DNA of 64,000 nucleotides. Source: Chiloscyllium plagiosum (taxonomy: Eukaryota). Made by a program: the position numbers and the translations under genes. Positions 55,267 to 64,000 of this stretch are shown here, one piece after another (position 1 is the stretch's first letter; each line of letters starts with the position of its first letter). The notes below the pieces were generated by a model. That model ran no database searches, was not told the DNA's origin, and worked only from the letters and a program-made list of their open reading frames with translations. The stretch lies in assembly GCF_004010195.1 (NCBI RefSeq), contig NC_057719.1, positions 85,916,056 through 85,980,055 on the forward strand, in the 5' to 3' direction.

Positions 55267-55398
55267 AGGTTCCCAGACAAAAGCCGAAACGCCTAGGTAC
55301 GCTCCTTTAAAGGTGGAGATCTTCAAACTGTGTTCACCAAAGTCATAGTTCTTCTCCTCCAATTCCAAAGGGGGGTTGCTTTCCGCCAAGCTACTCAT
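55267..55398 (-). CDS. EEF1AKMT3: Copy C first coding exon (exon probably extends as 5' UTR to an acceptor at 55493)
   Basis: agaATG; MSSLAESNPP...YDFGEHSLKISTFKGAYLGVSAFVWEP|gtaagt; 44 codons. Confidence 0.88.
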
Positions 55399-58300
55399 TC
55401 TTTCTGATTCTCAACGGATCTTCTGCGATTCCCACGCAGTTTCCTTCCGATCCTGACTGTTTCAGGTCTCCCTGCTCACTCCAAGTATTACCTCTGTTTC
55501 AAAGGGAAAAAAAACATGAACAAAACTTGCATGTGGAAACAGCAAACCATAGTTTTAAATCGCAGAAGAAAGCAAGAGATTCGTACTAAGACCTCTCAAA
55601 CTGAACATGGAGATGGCTACCGTGTAAGCCACCAGATTCATTATGAACTCAACATTGGCCTCGGGTCATAACAATGAGCAGGGTTAATTAAAATCGATGG
55701 CACAATTCAATGCCCGGGGCACTTAGTACGAAATGCAGTTTATTTGATTGACGGTCAATAAGCCGACTTGCAAATGGCTAAAGGGGAAGTAATCTGAGGG
55801 CCAAACAGCAGATGGAATCACAGAAAATAAGGAGCAGTGAGAGAACGAAAGTATGACTTTCAAGCAAGGGAAGGCCATTGGAATATTCAAAGAGACATCA
55901 ACATATTAAAATGACGGCAGAGAGTGGAGTCACAATATCAACTGGCTTTCTGTTATTATGTACGCCTCCCCAGAGCCTGCTACAAATGTTGTTTCTGCCA
56001 TTGAATTCTTCGAGGAAGGAACAAAAAATGGGATGAGTCAGTGTTCTACTACAGTGAAGCAGCGACTCCTAGGTGGCATTGCTCTTTAGAAATCTAAAAG
56101 CTGAGAGTTATCGGAAATGCGTAGGATTGGGACCTCACAGATTAACATTGGGGACAGCAGGGGCGCTGAATAAGCGCAGGATTCGCAGCTGACAGTGTTG
56201 ATACATAACGCAGGCCTGACGCCCCTCTTTAAGCGGTAGGACCCTGCCAAGTTAGACGCTTGCGTTGCTGAAAGACAGGTAGAATAGATTTTGCGACTTC
56301 CTATCCCCAAAAAATGAATTAACCAGCGAGTCTTTGGAACATGGAAAGCCAATATAATGTCTCAAGAGAACTTGGTTTCCTTTACGAAGATTTAATAATG
56401 CTTTTTTCTTAGTTGCTTTTGTTTTCTGTTTCTGGCGAATCTAAATGTTACTTTAAAGAGTGGTGAAAACTATTTATCTTGCATGCAAAAGTTCCATGTA
56501 CTCAATTTTCACATAAATAACGCCTAGAAAAATCCAGAACGAGGAAAATATATGTGACAATGGCGAGTAATGCGCCAGACGTATCTTCAAATACGTAGAA
56601 ATTCCGCCTTGTGGCAGAAAGGGGAAGCTACAAGTGTCATTAGGTGTCACAAAAGAATAATTCCCACGCAAAGAAAGGTCATCATAATTCAACGTGTGAT
56701 ATGCTTACTAGCTCTGAAAGGAGCTCTGAAGATCAATTTGACCATTCAAAAACGCTTTCCTTCCCTAATGCTGACAATTGTTTCGAGGTATTCATAAATT
56801 CTTTGGTAGTAAATTCAAACTTCTTTCCGTTTAGGGAGATGCACTTGTTTTGCCTATATACATCTACCAAGCATCTAATCCTCGTACCTCTAGCCCACCT
56901 GACTACCAGAAAATTTCCAAACTTGTAATTTATTAGCTGTAGCAATTCGCCACCCAAACATCTCTCTTACCGAAATTTGTCTAAATGCAGCACAAACCAG
57001 ACGCAACGTCTTAATTATTTCTCTGGAAAACAAAAGGGTAAATGAATCTAAACAGGTAGGCTAAACGAGGAAACTAGGTGCAGATAAACTATGATGATAG
57101 ACAGCGATGACACACACTTTACTGTTCTTATCAATAAAGAGGTAAGTATAAATATGAAGTTTTCCAGTCCCTGTAACATACTACAACTCGGGATTGACTA
57201 TTTAGAATGAACTTGGTTTGTAACAAATGCCTTGCTTCGGACTCGTCCATTTATTAACACTGGGATCAGTTACAGAACACAGAAAGGGTCAGTCATTTGA
57301 CTGTATTTAGCTCTCGACTTGCCCACAATTAAAGTCCTAGTCACAGTCATTATCATAATTTGAGAATATTATTCTGCCGTCATAACCCATACCCTGGCGC
57401 TGAGAGGTCGAGCCTTGAAGTCTGTTAATATTTTCAACTTTTACTGCCGCCGGTGAAAAGTTGCGGATTGTATCCTGTTCTTTATGCATAATGTTACGAG
57501 AGTAGTGGAGAATGTCAATGTTTCACGATCTGCCCTTTATCTAATAAAATGATAAAGCTACAAGTTTCCACTTGTATAAAAATACATGAGCTAAGCAGTG
57601 TAAACGCCATTAACGAGACACCACCTCACGTTATCAGTCATGTATTACACTCAGAGAGAAGCAACAAACATGATCGTTTACTTTAAAACTGAACGCGTCA
57701 ACTAAAGATTTTCTTTTGACATTAACTTTCCCTCCGAAAGTTTCTTGCCATTTTTCTATCTCCCAAAGATTCCTTCACTTCCTGGATAAAAACAGAAGTG
57801 CTGCCACGCTCGGAGATCAACTTGATGTCCCCGCGTAGTTCCTGCTTTCCCCCGAAGCAGGAGTTTTACTGCGGTCTTTCCACCAGCATCCCCTTCATCT
57901 TCCCTCCACTTAGGGTTCAGCACTTGATTATAAACGCCACAGTTCGAGCATGGACTCCATTACACTCTGACTAAATGCCCTGTCGTTAGAAATTCTATTT
58001 TTTCCTTACACCCCCTTTGCTTCTGGTCAATCACAATTTCCATTTCTCAGTCTCTTTTTCTATGTCGTCTGAACTCTTGGTTGGCACCCACCGACTGAGA
58101 TGTTTTCAGATCCAACTCCGACACCCTTATTAAAGAAAAGGCAAACATCTTGCCCGACTTCCAAACAAAACCTCGCTCGGAATCATTCAAACCTTTGGCA
58201 TTAAGCGTTTTTTGAGCTGTCCACGAAACAGACAAAACAAGGGCTCCTAGCCCTGACGTCGGCATGAATAATTGAAGTATCTAGTGAAGATAGGACAATT

Positions 58301-58514
58301 CCCATTATTCTCTGCCACTCCACGATTAAGTGAAGGGAAACTGCCATTTTATGGTCTTCGCACCCTAACTCTGAACTCATAGTTACATTTGGGAACTATT
58401 TGAACTGCCGCTACTTAAAGTGTTTTGGCAATTTTATAAGTGCAGAATTTTAAGGACCTTACTCATGGATCTAATCTATAACAAACTCAATATACACCAA
58501 CAGTTCAGCTATAT

Positions 58515-58630
58515 ATTTCCTAATCAACCTGTTCAGAGATGTTATTGCACATCTCAGGAGCAAACGCGGCATAGTCCCAAACCTCTGGTTCAGAGATCGG
58601 GGCACTACCACTGGGCTACAAGAGCCCCCA
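58515..58630 (-). mobile_element. Short tRNA-derived SINE (second family)
   Basis: Reverse complement gggctcttgtagcccagtggtagtgcccc...catctctgaacaggttgattagg. Confidence 0.6.
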
Positions 58631-58993
58631 AGCAGGAACTAGATGTGCTGATTGGCAATGTCCTCATCGATACGGTCATTTGCTTCGAATAAACCGAGCG
58701 GGATGTAGAGGTATGTTCATCGTAAAACAACTTTCGGTTCTCTCTAGCGTTGATAAGGTGACTTCTTATTAACCGGTCCCAAACACAAAAATCATTTAGG
58801 TGGTTGATTCCCCAGCTGTAACAATTCCTTTTCTCGCAGACAGGAAATCCGTGCTGATGATTATTCTAACAATAAGAGTAGTGGTGCAACTAACTGAAAT
58901 AATAATAGCACTGGTCATGATAAATGGTTAGCTTAATAAAATGATACAAGGATTGTTTAAATTAAGTCAGAAACAGCAACACATCAAACTCAC

Positions 58994-59127
58994 TTCAAGA
59001 TGCCTAACCGCACCTCAGTGATCGTTTCGCCTCTCTTTATTGCAGCCTCTCGTCCTTCACTAAATGACAAGATAGCACTGCAACTACCGCACTGTGCGCT
59101 TGCCTTTCCTTTTCGTCTGGCAGCAAT
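58994..59127 (-). other. Predicted non-coding first exon of copy C
   Basis: Starts about 29 nt below TATAAATA; donor aa|gtgagt at 58988-58993; matching acceptor ttttttccctttgaaacag|55493. Confidence 0.45.
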
Positions 59128-59148
59128 GCACATCATGGAGCCTGTCGC

Positions 59149-59267
59149 TATTTATAGGCTTAAAATGGCCAGGTTTTATCTCAAATTGTCATTGCTGGCC
59201 AATGAAGTAAAAAAAAAGCGTGAAGCTGGTGGAACGGTTTTGCATGTTTTCTTTTTCAGTGGGCGGG
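59149..59267 (-). promoter_or_regulatory. Candidate copy C promoter: TATAAATA (59149-59156), inverted CCAAT (59199-59203), GC box (59261-59267)
   Basis: Same TATA-CCAAT spacing as copies A and B. Confidence 0.55.
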
Positions 59268-60511
59268 ACTGAATTTATATTGCTCAACTAAATCCCGCGA
59301 AGCAATGTACAATTAAGTGAGCAAGTGATTAGTTCATTCTAATCGTAATAAAGTAGAACCTCTAGCTAGAGTTCATCCGTCCTCTGGCTTCCATCATTTC
59401 AGAAAAGTTGTCTCTCACTATTAAACCCGAGTTACATAAACTCTTTAATAAAAGCAAAATAATTGTAGTTGCTGCCCCGGCACTCATCTCAACCTGAAGA
59501 CTCCTACTTATACCCTTCTTATGTTATCTTTGTCCCCAGTTCATTGTTTTCTCCCGTTTTAAAGCAGAGAAGTTCCAGAAGACAATTGATGGAGGGGATC
59601 TCAACCACTGTTCCTCCGAGACTGGCAGAAGAGCCCGGAACCAGAAGATACAGATTTAGGGTGATTATCAGAAAAATTAGAGTAGACATGTTCCTTTTTA
59701 ACACTGTGAGCTATACTGATTAGGATGGTTCTAGCTGAAAGGCAGCAGATTTTTAAATAAGTTATTAGATAATTGGATAAATATTTTAACAGAGGAAAAG
59801 ACCATTGAGATAGGAAGAGAAGTGGCAGTGGGATCAATTGAGAGGCTCTACCAAGCAGGAAGGGCTGAATGATCTCGGTATTTGTTTTCTGAATGTTTTC
59901 TATATTAAGAAAACTCCTGTTGCCTTCAATACCCTCATTCGATGAACGAAAAAAATGAAATTATAAATCATGAACGATTCCTTTGTTTTTAGTTTCTTTT
60001 AAACACGCATACTGACCGTTTAGTGGCATCGGTTAGAAATAGTCAGCGCACTGCTCCACCAAACTACGCTACTTTGCAGCACAGCAAGTTAACGAACATT
60101 TGGATGAATGGAACATACGCTGAGCCGAGTCGCTCTCTATTCGCCATAATAGGTACTATATGTACTGAGTCAGCCTATGCATTTATTTATCTTTTTCGTA
60201 ATTGTTTTGATCATAATTGTTACCTTTCAGGCCTTATGCTTTAAGTAAAACAATGTGCAGATTTTGACACTTCAGCTTACCAAGGGATGCCCAAGTCTAC
60301 TTAACAAGACTTTAAATGAGTTCAGATGTAAATTAACTACCCAACTTAGATCAGCGGAGAATGCTATCATTGCATCTCCCGGTTATGCTATTTTTGCAGT
60401 TCAAAAAGCTCCTAAAACTGACTCGGCATCCTAAGTTGGGCCTTAATGTTCAATAGATTCGTGTAAGAGAGTATTGCACGGATGTGTAGCAATTGAATAC
60501 GGCACTGCTGT

Positions 60512-60622
60512 GAGAGGTCTTGAAACGAAGTGGTAGCGACCCTGCCTCTGAGCCAGGTGGCTCGAATTCAAGTCCCATCTGCTCCAGAGGTGTGTAATAA
60601 TATTAACAGGTTAATTAGAAAT
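60512..60622 (+). mobile_element. Short tRNA-derived SINE (second family)
   Basis: agtggtagcgaccctgcctctgagccag...ttcaagtcccatctgctccagaggtgtgtaataa...acaggttaattag. Confidence 0.6.
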
Positions 60623-61067
60623 CATTCATGTGGTACTTGTGCAACAATACAGACTAATGAAAGCACGGGCTTCCCCGTACCCTTGGGTCATCTCATTTGA
60701 TTTCATTACTGTAACTCATATATTTACTCGTTTTTTTCTTTCCGAAGGTTTGTAGAAATTGACTTTTGCTTGAAGTATTTGCTCTAGACCTGGCTCCAGT
60801 TTTACGTGCTCATCTGTTCTACCACATGGCATCCTTTAAAACTTAAGGTGTCTGCTTTACTGTGGTATTATTTCATTTTCGAGCGGTAGAAAGGAATCCG
60901 CGACTTCTCAACAGATAAGAGCAATCTCTAGGGATTCACATTGTTTATAGTCTGTGGAGTATTCGCATTTTTGTCATCCCGAGACTCTGTACTTTAAAAT
61001 AAACCATCTAAATGCAGACTGTTTAAAGTACAAGGTGAAATGGAACTCTCTGAATAATTTATTTAAA

Positions 61068-61368
61068 TATGTGTCTGTCAGTCTGCCTGTCTGTCTGCCT
61101 GTGCGCGTGTGTGTGCACCTGTATGTGTATACCATGTCTATGTCTGTGTGCGCGTTTGTGCCTGAGAATGTGTCTGTCAGTGTGTCTCTGTCAATGTGCA
61201 TGTGAGCGAGCGAATATATATGTGAGTGAGTCTGTGTGTGCTTGAGTTTGTATTTATGTCAGTGAGTATATGTGTATGAGTGAGTGTCTGTACGCATATG
61301 TGACTATCTGTGTCTCTATTTGCGTGTTTGTGTGTACATGTTTCTACGTATGTGTCAGTGTGTGTCAG
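61068..61368. repeat. Degenerate (GT)n-type microsatellite
   Basis: Imperfect gtgt/gtct/gtat alternation over about 300 bp. Confidence 0.8.
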
Positions 61369-61369
61369 C

Positions 61370-62450
61370 TGTTTAGGACTGAAATGAGGAGGAATTTATT
61401 CACTTCACTCAAAGGGTAAGATATCTGGAATTCGCTACCCCAGAGAGCTGTGTAAACTCACTCATTCCGTGGGATCAACTGATACATTTCTAGTTACTAA
61501 GGCCAGCAAAGGATATGGGGATAGCGGGAAAATGGTCCTGAGGTAAATGATCATTCCTCTAAAATAACAGAACAGGCTCCATGGGCTGAATAAGGCAATG
61601 AGACATAGAGCAGTGGTATATTTGACAAAATTACCAAGTTTTTCCTCACTCACATAGCCAGGCTGCATCCCTTTGTAGACTTTCTGTGTCATGCTCACCA
61701 CTTGCCTTCCCACTTATTGTTTGTGGCATTCATAAACTTAGTGATAGTACATTCACTTACTTAATCGAAGTCATACATGTACATGCAAAAAATTCTGACT
61801 CCAACACTGATACTTGTGACACTCAACTAGTTACAGTTTGCTATCCCGAAATTTCCCCCTGTATCCTATCCCTTTGTCTTGTATTAGTTAGCCAATTCTC
61901 TAACCGTGTTGAATAGATTACCCCAACATCATGGGCTCGTGTCCAATAAGTTAATCTCAAGTGCAGTACATTATAAAATTCTTTTTGGAAATTTAATCCA
62001 TTCCATCTACACGTATCCTGCTTGTTACCTGTTCAGAAAATTTTAATACATTTTTTCAGGCATGATTTTCCCTTCATGTAGCTATGCTGACCCCATTTTA
62101 CCATATTTTGCGATTCTAAATGCTCTGCTATTACATACTTCACAGACTCTAACACTTTCCCTAACGTCAGGTTTTAAGACAACTGGCCTGTGGATTCTTG
62201 CGTTCATCGTCCTTTCTTTGAAATAAGAGTCCTACATTAGTAGTTTTCCAATTCTCTGGGACTGTTTCAACATCCAACGACTCTTAGATCATTACTACCA
62301 AAGCACACATTTTCTCTGTAGCTACTTACTTTGTTTTACTGGGATACAACCCCCCAGGGACATTAACTCCATTAATTTCCCTAGTACATCTTCTGTAGTG
62401 ATAGTCATTGCACTTACTTCCACTCCCCTTTTTGCCCTGAGGGCAAAATG
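61370..62450. mobile_element. Degenerate CR1 fragments (plus-strand 3' end, then minus-strand RT pieces)
   Basis: FRTEMRRNLF...WNSLP; TTEDVLGKLMEL. Confidence 0.55.
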
Positions 62451-64000
62451 GCTTAGCCTTGTTTCGATGTTCCTAAATTGGAAGTTGGTTTTATCCAAAA
62501 TATGAGTTTTCATTCAGTATTAGCATACAGGTTACATTTACAATTTGATTAGTGATGGAATTGGATGAATTCAAAAAATCGTAAAACAGGCAATACCTCA
62601 GAGCGAGTAAGATTAATTTCATGGCTAATAACCACATTGTTTAGGATGGCTGATATTGTTTGATAGCCCAAAATGGCTTCCTTTTGTACGGTAGACATGC
62701 TGAGTGAAAAGAATGTGCGTTACGCAACCTCAGGACAAAGCGCTCAATGATTTAGGCGTGAAATTAGGAGAAACTCCTTCACTCAGAGAGTTACGAAATT
62801 TTATAGTTGTCCACCTCAGAAGATTGTGCATGTTCCAGAATCGAGTATTTCACGGCTGGGTTGAATGCATTTTTAATCTCTTGGGGAATGGAGAGGTACA
62901 AGGAATGACCAAACAAGTGGAGTTGAGGTAAAAGATCAATCAAGGTCCAGTTGTAAAGAGAACAGTCGACGCATGGAATAGTTGCTATTTCTTATTTCTT
63001 CTGTCAGAGTCGGGAGGGGGCTATAAAATGGGAGTTTCGGGGATTTGATTTGTCCTGAGGTTCACTTGTCACAGTATTTGAGGAAGGGACTAGGACACCG
63101 GTAGGGACCTGACCTAAGATATTTATCAATTATTTTTGTTATCTTAACACATTCTGAGCACTGGAAAGTCTTGTTATTCAAAAGGAGATGCCCCTGGCAG
63201 CACATATGGACGCTAAGAGTTATAGCTTTCATTACTCATCTGAGAGAGAGAGACTGGGCTACAGATTTGATGCCAGCAAGTAGATTTTCAAGATAGTGGA
63301 TAATGATACAGAGTGAAATAACCAACTACTTGTTTACAACTCGAGGTTTCAAGCTGATCCTAAGTAATAATCCCATCTGGGTTATACGGCGTCAGTTTTC
63401 TTATCAAATGAAGCGCCTTATCTGAAAAAAAAACAAAATGAAACTGGTGTTTTTCTTGCATGTTGAAAACATAATTGTTTCTTTGAATGGTTGTCATTTT
63501 TTGAATGACGCACAGCCATTGAACTTTTTTTTCATGCCGAGGTCACTTAGCACTGTTCTCGGGAAATGTTCTGTGTTCTTAGTACTAGTTGTTCGAGGTT
63601 CTGGCATTTCCAAAGTGCATGTGTTCACCTTGTTTCGGGTTTGTGAAGTTTTCACTTTTCATTTACCATCGTGTCTCCTGTAATATAAGCAACATCTGTG
63701 ATCATTTTGTCTTGTTCTACTGCACATCTCAGCTGTTATCAGTGGTTGTGAAATTTGGTAAAGTGTTCCGAAATGTTCCTAAATGACTAAGGTTTCATCC
63801 GGACAATGTAACAATGGCAAAAAAGTTATTAACAGTAAGCTGCTTCAGAGGAGAGTTGACTCCAAGAGATGGCTTGACGGGGGTGGGGGTGCGGGTGCTC
63901 CAAGGATATTGATGTGCTTTTCTGCAGTGCTTTGCCCCGTAATTGCTTCGGAAACTCATTTCATAATGTCTCAGCAAATTGGTCACTATCTGGCGCTTAG

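Overview
Vertebrate genomic DNA, almost certainly from a cartilaginous fish (shark), inferred from HE1-type tRNA SINEs, CR1 LINEs and shark-type Penelope-like elements (PLEs). The window holds a tandem cluster of METTL21B/EEF1AKMT3-like seven-beta-strand lysine methyltransferase genes. Three intact genes lie on the minus strand, each with three coding exons (copy A 5819-17111, 228 aa; copy B 24183-28885, 231 aa; copy C 47211-55398, 212 aa). An inverted, frameshifted pseudogene lies on the plus strand (41147-42548). The three intact copies share a 112-nt exon 2, phase 0/1 introns, and a candidate promoter layout of TATA plus an inverted CCAAT about 42-45 bp upstream. The rest is mostly retroelements: CR1, L2 and Rex1/Babar-like LINEs, HE1 SINEs, a second short tRNA-derived SINE, and PLE fragments carrying minimal hammerhead-ribozyme motifs. 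Two of the PLE fragments are young fold-back hairpin insertions flanked by target-site duplications (TSDs). There is also a 36-nt copy of exon-3 coding sequence inside an intron and a CpG-rich 36-bp minisatellite. Splice and motif coordinates were read by hand. TE boundaries are approximate and family names rest on recalled motifs, not database searches.
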